Source of the DNA: Buchnera aphidicola str. APS (Acyrthosiphon pisum)
GTDB taxonomy: Bacteria > Pseudomonadota > Gammaproteobacteria > Enterobacterales > Enterobacteriaceae
Direction: 5' to 3'
Length of the DNA stretch: 32,000 nt
Assembly: GCF_000009605.1 (NCBI RefSeq)
Contig: NC_002528.1
Span: forward strand, 90,001-122,000
The translations under genes were made by a program, and so were the position numbers. Positions 21,628 to 32,000 of this stretch are shown piece after piece. Under the pieces are notes generated by a model. The model did not search any database and was not told where the DNA came from. It saw only the letters and a list, made by a program, of their open reading frames with translations. Each line of letters starts with the position of its first letter. Positions within the stretch are counted from its first letter, which is position 1.

Positions 21628-23034
21628 ATGTCACGGCAACAAATAGGTGTTGTCGGAATGGCAGTCATGGGACGAAATTTAGCATTAAATATTGAAAGCA
21701 AAAATTACAGCGTATCTATATTCAATAGAACTAGATCAGTAACAGAAGAAGTATTTAATCAGAATAAGAAAAAAAATATTGTCCCATATTTTTCTATTAA
21801 AGATTTTATTGATTCACTTCTCAAGCCTAGATGCATCTTATTAATGGTTCAATCTGGAAAAGCTACTGATGAAACTATCAAGATGATTCTGCCCTATTTA
21901 GAAAAAGAAGATATATTAATTGATGCAGGTAATACATTTTACAAAGACACTATTCGGAGAAATGAAAAATTATCTAAATATGAGATTAATTTTATTGGAA
22001 TGGGGGTGTCTGGAGGTGAATTAGGAGCATTAAACGGTCCCTCTATTATGCCGGGCGGACAAAAAGAAGCATACAAACTTGTTTTACCTATGTTAGAAAA
22101 AATATCAGCAAAGTTTAAAGGTGAGCCATGTGTAAGCTATATTGGTCCTAATGGTGCAGGTCATTATGTAAAAATGGTACACAATGGTATTGAATATGGT
22201 GATATGCAGTTAATATCAGAGTCATATTTTTTATTAAAATATTTATTAAATATGAGTAATGAAGAATTATCATCTACATTTTCTAAATGGAATAAAGGTG
22301 AATTAAATAGTTATTTAATTGAAATAACAAAAAATATTTTTATTGAAAAAGATGAAAAGGGAAAATATTTGATAGATCGTATTTTAGATGTAGCAGAAGA
22401 TAAAGGTACTGGTAAGTGGATTAGCAAAAGTGCTTTAGATCTTCGAGAACCGCTTTCATTAATTACTGAATCCGTTTTTGCTCGTTATTTATCTTCTCTA
22501 AAAAGACAACGCATAATTGCATCAAAAATATTACAGGGTCCAAAGATAAAAACGTTTATTAAAGATAAAAATAGTTTTATTGAAGAAGTTCGACGAGCTT
22601 TATATTTAGGTAAGATAATTTCTTATGCTCAAGGTTTTTCTCAATTAAAAAGAGCGTCAGAAAAATATCATTGGAATTTAAAATATGGTGAAATTGCTAA
22701 GATTTTTAGAGCAGGGTGTATTATACGAGCAAATTTTTTACAAAAAATAACAGACGAATATACTCAAAATAAAAATGTAGTTAATTTATTATTAACACCT
22801 TATTTTTCCAAAATAGCTAATGAATATGAAAATTCATTACGCAATATTGTTATGTATGCGATAAAATATGGAATTTCTACTCCAACTTTTTCTGCGGCAA
22901 TATCATATTATGATAGTTATAGAGCATTATATTTACCGGCTAACTTAATTCAGGCTCAAAGAGATTATTTTGGTTCACATACTTATCAAAGAACAGATCA
23001 GACTGGTTACTTTCATACAAACTGGTCTCAATAA
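21628..23034 (+). CDS. gnd: 6-phosphogluconate dehydrogenase (decarboxylating)
   Basis: [25 protein letters not shown]; [23 protein letters not shown]; [16 protein letters not shown]. True start is the ATG at 21628; the track's TTG at 21616 lies across the GGAGG ribosome-binding site. Confidence 0.98.
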   Translation: MSRQQIGVVGMAVMGRNLALNIESKNYSVSIFNRTRSVTEEVFNQNKKKNIVPYFSIKDFIDSLLKPRCILLMVQSGKATDETIKMILPYLEKEDILIDAGNTFYKDTIRRNEKLSKYEINFIGMGVSGGELGALNGPSIMPGGQKEAYKLVLPMLEKISAKFKGEPCVSYIGPNGAGHYVKMVHNGIEYGDMQLISESYFLLKYLLNMSNEELSSTFSKWNKGELNSYLIEITKNIFIEKDEKGKYLIDRILDVAEDKGTGKWISKSALDLREPLSLITESVFARYLSSLKRQRIIASKILQGPKIKTFIKDKNSFIEEVRRALYLGKIISYAQGFSQLKRASEKYHWNLKYGEIAKIFRAGCIIRANFLQKITDEYTQNKNVVNLLLTPYFSKIANEYENSLRNIVMYAIKYGISTPTFSAAISYYDSYRALYLPANLIQAQRDYFGSHTYQRTDQTGYFHTNWSQ

Positions 23035-23235
23035 AAAACATTAAGATAGTTGATATTTATATATGAATATCATATTTCTTATATTACTGCTACTAGTTTA
23101 TGATAAAAAATTAAAATAGCAGACGATGTTAGAAAATATCTCTGCTATTAGATTATATCTATTACTTCATATATTTTCTTTGTTTTATAACACGTGATGT
23201 TAAAATATATCAAAGATAATATCATAGGGATAAAA

Positions 23236-23817
23236 ATGCGTTTATGTGATAAAGATATTGAAGAGTGGTTGGAGAGAAAAGAATTAATTATAGAACCTTA
23301 TCCTAATAAAACATTAATTAATGGCATTACTGTCGATATACACCTTGGTAATAAATTTCGTTTTTTTTATGAACATACTGGATCTTGCATTGATTTGAGT
23401 AATTCTAAAATAATCGGTGGATTATCATTAACGGAAATTATGAGTAATGAAATAATATTTTCTAAAGAACAGCCATGTTTTTTACAACCAGGATCTTTAG
23501 TATTATGTTCGACTTTTGAAAGTATTAAAATGCCAAATAATTTAGTGGGTTGGTTAGATGGGCGTTCTTCTTTAGCTCGTTTAGGATTAATGATTCACGC
23601 TACCGCTCATCGTATTGATCCAGGTTGGAATGGTAATATTGTTTTAGAAATGTTTAATGCAGGAAAATTAACTTTAGTATTACGACCTAAAATGAGGATT
23701 GCAGCACTTAGCTTTGAAGTTCTATCTCAACCAGTTTTACGTCCCTATAATTTAAGAAAAGAGGCTAAATATAAAATTCAAAATGGAGTAGTTCCCAGTC
23801 GTATTCATAAGGAATAA
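23236..23817 (+). CDS. dcd: dCTP deaminase
   Basis: From 23236: MRLCDKDIEEWLERKEL..INGITVDIHLGNKFRFF; LVGWLDGRSSLARLGLMIHATAHRIDPGWNGNIVLE. Conserved start is Met15 of the tracked ORF. Confidence 0.97.
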   Translation: MRLCDKDIEEWLERKELIIEPYPNKTLINGITVDIHLGNKFRFFYEHTGSCIDLSNSKIIGGLSLTEIMSNEIIFSKEQPCFLQPGSLVLCSTFESIKMPNNLVGWLDGRSSLARLGLMIHATAHRIDPGWNGNIVLEMFNAGKLTLVLRPKMRIAALSFEVLSQPVLRPYNLRKEAKYKIQNGVVPSRIHKE

Positions 23818-23964
23818 AGTTTTTACGTAATATACTATGTATATTTTTTAATTTCTTAGTTATATCATAAGTCAATTATTCATAAAACTATTTTTTTAAA
23901 TCAAGAATAGTTTATAATTATTATTTTTATATCATATTACTCTATTTAAAAAAAATATAATATT

Positions 23965-25608
23965 ATGTCAAGTGTATTTAGAAAAATTTTAGTTACCTGT
24001 GCTTTACCTTATGCTAATGGTTCTATTCACATTGGCCATATGTTAGAACATATTCAAGCAGATATTTGGGTACGTTATCATAGAATGCGTGGTCACGAAG
24101 TATGGTTTGTTTCTGCTGATGATGCACATGGTACTGCTATAATGTTAAAAGCTCAAGATTTAGAAATATCTCCTAATAAATTAATTAAAAATATTAGGAT
24201 AGAGCATCAAATAGATTTTTCGAATTTTAAAATTTCTCATGATAATTATTATTCAACTCATAGTTTAGAAAATTTATATTTATCAAGAAAAATTTTTACA
24301 TGTTTAAATGAAAAAGGTTTAATTAAAGAAAAAAAAATTTTCCAACTTTATGATACAGTAAAAAAAATTTTTCTTCCAGACAGATTTATAAAAGGTACAT
24401 GCCCAATTTGTAAATCAAAAAATCAATATGGTGATAACTGTGAAATATGTAGTGCAACTTATGAGCCTACAGATTTAATTAATCCAATCTCTGTTATTTC
24501 AGGAAAAAAACCTATTTTAAAAAACACTAAACATTTATATTTTGATTTACCTTCTTTTACTAATATGTTAAAAAAATGGATACATTCTGGTGTTTTAGAA
24601 GAATCAGTTATTAAAAAAACAGAAGAATGGTTTAAAGTAGGTTTAAAGTCGTGGGCTATTTCTCGTGATGCACCTTATTTTGGTTTTAAAATTCCAAATT
24701 ATCCTAACAAATATTTTTATGTTTGGCTTGATGCTCCGATCGGTTATATTAGTGCGTTTAAAAATCTTTGTTTTAAGAGTAAAAAATTAAATTTTAATGA
24801 ACTTTGGAACCAAAATTCTAATTATGAATTATACCATTTTATTGGTAAAGATATTATTTACTTTCATACTTTATTTTGGCCTGCAATATTAGAAGCTGTT
24901 TCTTTTAGACAGCCTAGTGGAATTTTTGTTCATGGACATCTTACTATGAATGGACTGAAATTGTCAAAATCCAGAGGTGCTTTGATTAAAGCTAGTGATT
25001 GGATTCAGTATTTCGATTCCGATAGTTTGCGTTATTATTATGCAAGCAAGTTATCTAATAAAACCCATGATATTGAAATTAATTTAGAAGACTTTATTCA
25101 AAAAATAAATAGTGATATCGTAAATAAACTAGTAAATTTAGCAGCAAGAAATGCCAGTTTTATTAATAAATATTTTAATGGGTATTTATCTGATAAATTA
25201 AGCAATATAAAATTATATAAATATTTTGTTAATACTAGTAGTAGTATTGAAGATTTTTTTGAAAATCGTGAATTTAGTTTTATAGTTAAAGAATCAATGA
25301 GATTATTAGATGTAGCCAATCAATATATTAATGAAAAAAAACCATGGAAAATTAAAAGAACAGAAGAAAATATCAGGGAATTACAAAATATTTGCACAAT
25401 GGGTATTAATTTATTTAGAATTATAATGATTTTTTTAAAACCTATAGTACCTGATTTAGCAATCAAAACAGAGTCTTTCTTGATTTCTAAATTGACTTGG
25501 GATGGTATTAAAAAACCATTATTATCTCATCAGATAAATAAATTTTTTCCATTATATAAAAGAATTGATGTCGAAAAAATGTTTGAATTCATGAATATAT
25601 GTAGATAA
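23965..25608 (+). CDS. metG: Methionyl-tRNA synthetase, lacking the C-terminal tRNA-binding domain
   Basis: ILVTCALPYANGSIHIGHMLEHIQADIWVRYHRMRG; zinc-finger CPICKSKNQYGDNCEIC; FVHGHLTMNGLKLSKSRG. 547 aa compared with 677 in E. coli. Confidence 0.98.
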   Translation: MSSVFRKILVTCALPYANGSIHIGHMLEHIQADIWVRYHRMRGHEVWFVSADDAHGTAIMLKAQDLEISPNKLIKNIRIEHQIDFSNFKISHDNYYSTHSLENLYLSRKIFTCLNEKGLIKEKKIFQLYDTVKKIFLPDRFIKGTCPICKSKNQYGDNCEICSATYEPTDLINPISVISGKKPILKNTKHLYFDLPSFTNMLKKWIHSGVLEESVIKKTEEWFKVGLKSWAISRDAPYFGFKIPNYPNKYFYVWLDAPIGYISAFKNLCFKSKKLNFNELWNQNSNYELYHFIGKDIIYFHTLFWPAILEAVSFRQPSGIFVHGHLTMNGLKLSKSRGALIKASDWIQYFDSDSLRYYYASKLSNKTHDIEINLEDFIQKINSDIVNKLVNLAARNASFINKYFNGYLSDKLSNIKLYKYFVNTSSSIEDFFENREFSFIVKESMRLLDVANQYINEKKPWKIKRTEENIRELQNICTMGINLFRIIMIFLKPIVPDLAIKTESFLISKLTWDGIKKPLLSHQINKFFPLYKRIDVEKMFEFMNICR

Positions 25609-25655
25609 TAATAAATTTTATTATAAAGTATGACAATTTTTCCTAATTAATTACT

Positions 25656-26978
25656 TTAATAAAATGAAAAAAAATTATTAGTAGTTGATTTTAAATCATT
25701 TTGCCAGGATATTATGCACTTTGTTCTATTTTTGTTTTTTATATTAACAACAAAGACTCCTATGGCACTGATAAAATAATTATTATAAAATAATAGGGGA
25801 ATTTGATTTCTCAACCAAGGAGGGATATTTTTTTCTTGCCATATTTTTTTTATTTTTCTTTTTTTACTTCTTCCTAAAATTAAGACATATCCTTCGTATT
25901 GAAAACGAATATTAATTAATTCATTTTCTTTAGGACCGGGAAGTACAGTGCCGTTGTTATTTTTTATTAAATATCCTAAATTATTAGGAAGTGTTAGTTT
26001 TATATTGTTTTTATGCCAAAACAATAAAGTATTTTTGAGACTCGGTTGAGTTTTTATAAAATGAAGTGATTGTTTATAACGTCTCACTTCATGTTTGCCT
26101 AAAATAATTTTAGGATTTGAATCTATACGACTGAAAATCATTTGACGATAAATGCATTGAATATTTTTGTATGATGGCATTTTAATTTTTTTTAACAAAA
26201 GCCAGTATCTAATTAAAGCTGTGCACATTGCTTGTTTTATATTTTTAAAATTCTCGATATTTAAAGAATCATCAAATTTTATAAGTTTGTATATTCTTTC
26301 ACGAAGAAAATCATTTAATAATCTTGTTTCTTGTTGACATATAATAGTTGTACGAAAACAATTTTTTAAAAAATAAGACCATCTTTTTTCTAATATAGGG
26401 ATAACTTCATTTCGTATAAAGTTACGATCATAATCAATATTTAAATTACTAAAATCTTCAATCCAGTGTAATTTTTTTTTCTTAGCCCATGTTTGTAGTT
26501 CTATTTTTGTTTTTTTTAGAAAAGGACGAACTATTTTTTTAGTCCCAAATAAAGTCTCAAAAGACATGCTGGAAAGACCAGTAGGACCACTTCCTCTTTT
26601 TAAAGATAAAAAGAAAGTTTCACATTGATCATTTATATGATGACCAGTTAGCAGTATTTCGTCAGAAAATAGATGATTATATATAATATTATATCGTTTT
26701 ATTCTGAGTTTTTCTTCAAGATTATTTGTTTTGTTTTTAATGTTAATATTTTCAACTATCAATGGGATATGATTTATATTGCAAATTTTTTTACAGTGTT
26801 CTGACCATTTTTTTGATAGTAAAGTAAGATTATGATTGATATGAATAGCACGTATTTTAATGTAGTATTTTTTTTTTATTTCCAGCAATTTATAAAGAAG
26901 TACGGTTGAATCTAATCCACCACTATAAGCGACTAAGAATGATTTATTTTGATATTGACTAATAATTTCTTTAATCAA
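25656..26978 (-). CDS. tilS: tRNA(Ile)-lysidine synthase
   Basis: FLVAYSGGLDSTVLLYKLL (PP-loop); GHHINDQCETFFLSLKRGSGPTGLSSM; RPFLKKTKIELQTWAKKKKLHWIEDFSN. Confidence 0.95.
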   Translation of the reverse strand: MIKEIISQYQNKSFLVAYSGGLDSTVLLYKLLEIKKKYYIKIRAIHINHNLTLLSKKWSEHCKKICNINHIPLIVENINIKNKTNNLEEKLRIKRYNIIYNHLFSDEILLTGHHINDQCETFFLSLKRGSGPTGLSSMSFETLFGTKKIVRPFLKKTKIELQTWAKKKKLHWIEDFSNLNIDYDRNFIRNEVIPILEKRWSYFLKNCFRTTIICQQETRLLNDFLRERIYKLIKFDDSLNIENFKNIKQAMCTALIRYWLLLKKIKMPSYKNIQCIYRQMIFSRIDSNPKIILGKHEVRRYKQSLHFIKTQPSLKNTLLFWHKNNIKLTLPNNLGYLIKNNNGTVLPGPKENELINIRFQYEGYVLILGRSKKRKIKKIWQEKNIPPWLRNQIPLLFYNNYFISAIGVFVVNIKNKNRTKCIISWQNDLKSTTNNFFSFY

Positions 26979-27007
26979 AAAAATTACCTATAATTTAATT
27001 TTTTTAA

Positions 27008-27081
27008 TACGTTCGAGTGGACTTGAACCACTAACTTCTACCATGTCATGGTAGCGCTCTAACCAATTGAGCTACGAACGT
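27008..27081 (-). tRNA. tRNA-Val (anticodon GAC)
   Basis: Reverse complement ACGTTCG TA GCTC AATTGGTTA GAGC G CTACC ATGACAT GGTAG AAGTT AGTGG TTCAAGT CCACT CGAACGT A folds as a full cloverleaf. Anticodon GAC, U33 present, CCA not encoded. Confidence 0.95.
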
Positions 27082-27203
27082 AAAATATTTAAAAATTTTT
27101 TGATATTTTTATGATTTTAATTATATATTATTATTAATATAATATACAAATATTTTTTATCATTAATAAATATAAATTAAAGATATTATTTTGAGGAAAG
27201 ATT

Positions 27204-27830
27204 ATGTTTACAGGTATTATAAATGGAACAGCTACTATTGTTTATATAGAAAAGAAAAAAAAAAAATATAGATATACAGTTGAACTTCCATCAAATTTAT
27301 CTAAAAATTTAAAGTTAGGTGACTCAATATCACATAACGGATGTTGTTTGACTGTAAAATTAATTAATAATTCTTTTATAATATGTGATGTTATTCAAGA
27401 GACATTAAAGAGTACTAATTTAGGAATATTAAATATTGGAGATAGTATTAATATTGAAAGATCTATAAAATATGGCGATGAAATCGGTGGTCATATAATA
27501 TCTGGTCATGTTATGAATACCGCTGAAATTTCTAAAATGTCAAAGTCAGACAATAACTGTGTAATATGGTTAAAAATGAATAATATGTCTTTAATGAAGT
27601 ATATTTTCTATAAAGGATTTATCTGTGTTGATGGGATTAGTCTCACTGTCAATGATATTATTAAAAATGAATTTTGCGTTAATATTATACCTTATACTTT
27701 CCTTTTCACTACTATAAAAGATAAAAAGAACGGTAGTTTAGTAAATATTGAAATAGATTTTTATACTCAAACAATTGTAGATACTACAGAACGATTAATC
27801 AATAATAATTTAAAATCATTGTATGATTAA
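27204..27830 (+). CDS. ribE: Riboflavin synthase (alpha subunit; called ribC in E. coli)
   Basis: [10 protein letters not shown]; HNGCCLTV; [13 protein letters not shown]; [19 protein letters not shown]; [19 protein letters not shown]. Confidence 0.97.
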
Positions 27831-27863
27831 CATTGAAAATTAATATACTTTATCTTGGAATTA

Positions 27864-28943
<1,080 letters not shown>

Positions 28944-28954
<11 letters not shown>

Positions 28955-30538
28955 AAAATTATTAGAAATAAAAAAAATTTTTAAAAAATTCTTTTCTATA
29001 AAATCATGGAAAAAATTGATTTTTTCTGCTTTTAATGTAAAAAAAAATATAATTTTAAGGGTGGTTTAAAATGTTCATTTAAAAAAAATCAATCTGATTA
29101 TGTATTATTAAAATCTTTGCCTTTACCCGATAAATTTTTTCTCTTCATACAAGACGATTATCATAATGTAAAATTACGTGTTAAAATAAACGAAAAAGTA
29201 TTACGTGGACAACCTTTGATTTTCAGTGATGATTTCAATGTTCCTGTTCATGCTCCAACTTCTGGTTTAATAGAAAATATTTGTTTTAATTCCGATTCTA
29301 TTAAAAAAAATATAAAAATTGTAATTTCTCCTGATTACTTAGATCAATGGATTAGATTGAATCCTATTAAAGATTATAAAAAATACGCTCCGGAAAAATT
29401 AATTAAAATTATTCATCAATCAGGTGTAGTTGGTCTTGGAGGAGGTCAGTTTCCTTCTTCAAAAAAAATAATATTTAGCATTAATAGAGCACATACTTTA
29501 ATTGTAAACGCCGTAGAAAGCGAGCCTTATATAACATCAGATAACTGCTTGATATATAATCATATATCTGAAATTTTGATAGGATGTAAGATAATTTGCT
29601 GGATAACTAAAATAAAAACAGTTCTTATTGCGATTCAAGAAGATAATATTCAATCAATTTCTAAAATACAACATTTGATTAAAAATAAATCATTGTTTAA
29701 AATTTGTATTATTAAGAAGAAGTATCCCGCGGGTAGTAGTAAAGTACTTGTAAAATCTTTAACAGGAAAAGAAGTACCTCATGGTAAACATTCTATAGAT
29801 ATAGGATACCTTATATTTAATGTTGCTACAATATTTTCAATAAAAAGAGCCATTATTAATGGAAAACCACTAACAGAACGTGTAGTGACTTTAATGAGTG
29901 ATAAAAACCTTTTATCTGGAAACTTTTGGGTTAGAATTGGGACTCCAATAAAATATTTTTTAACAAGTAATAAATTAAAACAATCTTTTATTGCATCTGT
30001 ATATTTAGGAGGTCCATTCATGGGTAAGAAGATTAATAATTTGAATCATTCTATATTAAAGAAAACAAATTCTATTTTTATTACACATAAAAAAGAAAAA
30101 AATGAAAGTATTTCTGAAAAAACTTGTATTCGATGTGGTTATTGTTCATATGTATGTCCTGTAAATTTGCTTCCTCAACAGCTTTATTGGTATATTAAAA
30201 ATAAGAATCATGTACAAACAAAAAAGCATTATGTTTTAGATTGTATTGAATGTAAAGCGTGTGAGAAAGTGTGTCCCAGTTATATTCCGCTAGTAAAATA
30301 TTTTATTCAAGAGAAAAATATTTTAAAAAATATTACATTAGAAAATAATCGCAAAAAAATGTCATTAATTCGTTTTAAAACAAGAGAACAACGCTTATTC
30401 AATGAAAAAAGAATGATACATGAAAATAATGATACATTTCTTATGAAAAAAAAGGATAAAAAAATCAATAATATCACAAAAACAGTGCTAAAAAAAACAC
30501 TTCAAGATGCTATAGAACGTATGAAATCCAAACAATAA
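28944..30538 (+). CDS. rsxC: Rsx/Rnf electron transport complex subunit C, interrupted by an apparent -1 frameshift at an A9 tract (29039..29047)
   Basis: Frame starting ATG 28944 gives ..[12 protein letters not shown]; shifting at the A run gives (K)[33 protein letters not shown].. then [62 protein letters not shown]. Together colinear with the E. coli RsxC N-terminus ([22 protein letters not shown]..). Track start 29117 (TTG) would miss the N-terminus. Confidence 0.88.
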
Positions 30539-30585
30539 AGTTTTATATAAATATATTATATATTAATACATAACGTGAGAAAAAA

Positions 30586-31629
30586 ATGAACTTTCCCTGC
30601 ATATATCATGTTTATAGTATTAGAAAAATAATGTTTCTTGTTATTGTAGCTTGTCTTCCAGGTATTTTTGCCAAGTATTACTTTTTTGGTATTGGTACTT
30701 TGATACAAATTTTTTTTTCTATATTTATTTCTTTAGTACTAGAAATTATTATTTTAAAGATACGTTCTAAAAACATTAAAAATTATTTACAAGATACTTC
30801 TTTAGTTTTAACTTCAGTATTATTTGGAGTTAGTATCCCCCCTTTGCTTCCTTGGTGGATGACAAGTATTGGTTTATTTTTTGCTATTGTTGTTGCTAAG
30901 CATTTATATGGTGGGATTGGTCAAAATATATTTAATCCGGCTATGGTTGGATACGCAGTATTATTAATATCTTTTCCAGTTTATATGAATAATTGGAATG
31001 AAAGAGATTTTTCTTTATCTTTTTTTAATGATTTTAAAAAATCTGCATATATTATTTTTTTTAAAAATGATATAACTACTGTTAGTAGTAGTTATTTAAA
31101 TATTATCCCAGATGCTTTTACAACAGCTACACCTTTAAACAATTTTAAGATTAAATCTCATTTAAAAGATGACTTTTTTCTAAAAGAAAATATTATTAAA
31201 AATAAAGAAGTTTCCATTCAAACTAGTTGGAAATGTATAAATATAAGCTTTTTTTTAGGTGGTATTTTTTTGTTGTTTACAAAAATTATTTGCTGGCGTA
31301 TTCCAATTAGTTTTTTATCCTCTTTAGGAATGTTATCAATTATAACTTATTTTTATTCAAAAGAATTATTTATGTCTCCTCAAGTCCATTTTTTTTCAGG
31401 AGGAACTATGATATGTGCTTTTTTTATTGCTACAGATCCAGTAACTGCTGCTTGTAATAATGTAGGAAAAATAGTTTTTGGTATTATTATCGGTTTTTTA
31501 GTTTGGATTATTCGTAATTATAGTGATTATCCGGATGCAATTGCTTTTTCTGTTTTATTTGCAAACATGACTGTGCCGTTAGTAGATTACTATACAAAAT
31601 CCTCTGGATATGGTCGTAATAATATATGA
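30586..31629 (+). CDS. rsxD: Rsx/Rnf electron transport complex subunit D
   Basis: [21 protein letters not shown]; [11 protein letters not shown]; [16 protein letters not shown]; [17 protein letters not shown]; [37 protein letters not shown]. Confidence 0.97.
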
Positions 31630-32000
31630 AAGCATTAAAAAAAATATTAAAACATGCTTGTTTAATGAGTCTTTTTTCCATTATATCTATAGCAGGCATC
31701 ACATTGATAAATAATATAACAAAAAACAAAATTATTAATCAAAAAGAACAAGAAAAAAAAAAATATTAAAAGAAGTTATTCCTTCTAATATATATCATAC
31801 ATTTGAAAAAAAATCATATAAAATCAAAAATAAACTTTTAGGAGATCATAAAATTCATAATTTATGGGTGTTATTTAAAAATAAAAAACCTGTAGCTGCA
31901 ATAGTAGAAACTACAGCTCCTGATGGATATTCTGGTGCCATTAATATGTTAGTTGCAGCATATTTTAATGGAGAAATTATTAATGCAAGAGTGCTATCTC
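31626..32000 (+). CDS. rsxG: Rsx/Rnf electron transport complex subunit G (partial at window edge), interrupted by an apparent -1 frameshift at an A11 tract (31753..31763)
   Basis: Frame from ATG 31626: [46 protein letters not shown], stop TAA at 31767. The other frame continues [77 protein letters not shown], matching the E. coli RsxG core ([29 protein letters not shown]). Confidence 0.87.

Noticed and set aside
23194-23235. 14-aa N-terminal extension of Dcd
   Set aside because: Conserved Dcd begins MRLCDKDIE; the upstream in-frame Met codons are not part of the family.
25098-25319. 73-aa minus-strand ORF
   Set aside because: Antisense to metG.
29779-30021. 80-aa minus-strand ORF
   Set aside because: Antisense to conserved rsxC.
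31508-31729. 73-aa minus-strand ORF spanning the rsxD-rsxG junction
   Set aside because: Antisense to rsxD and to the start of rsxG.

Overview
This window is a slice of a very AT-rich, strongly reduced gammaproteobacterial genome. Gene content, order and protein sequences look like the aphid endosymbiont Buchnera aphidicola. Order: tamB(ytfN) fragment > / < ppa / pmbA > / < rnpB / < rsmI / fabB > talA > tktB > dapE > / < truncated bamC < dapA / < aroC / smrB > / hisGDCBHAFI > / gnd > dcd > metG > / < tilS < tRNA-Val(GAC) / ribE > rsxA rsxB rsxC rsxD rsxG(partial) >. I see no mobile elements, CRISPR arrays, phage genes or new multi-gene system; this is mostly core metabolism. The most notable signals are: (1) rsxC and (2) rsxG, each split by an apparent one-nucleotide frameshift exactly inside a poly(A) tract (A9 and A11), which suggests expression rescued by slippage; (3) an intact ribE reading frame crossing an A12 tract; (4) a 90-aa remnant of BamC that keeps only the lipobox and the N-terminal segment up to the 'DIRPP'-like motif; (5) a terminator-like hairpin upstream of hisG with no His-rich leader peptide; (6) apparent C-terminal truncations of TamB and MetRS. 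All comparisons to E. coli proteins are from memory, not from a database search.
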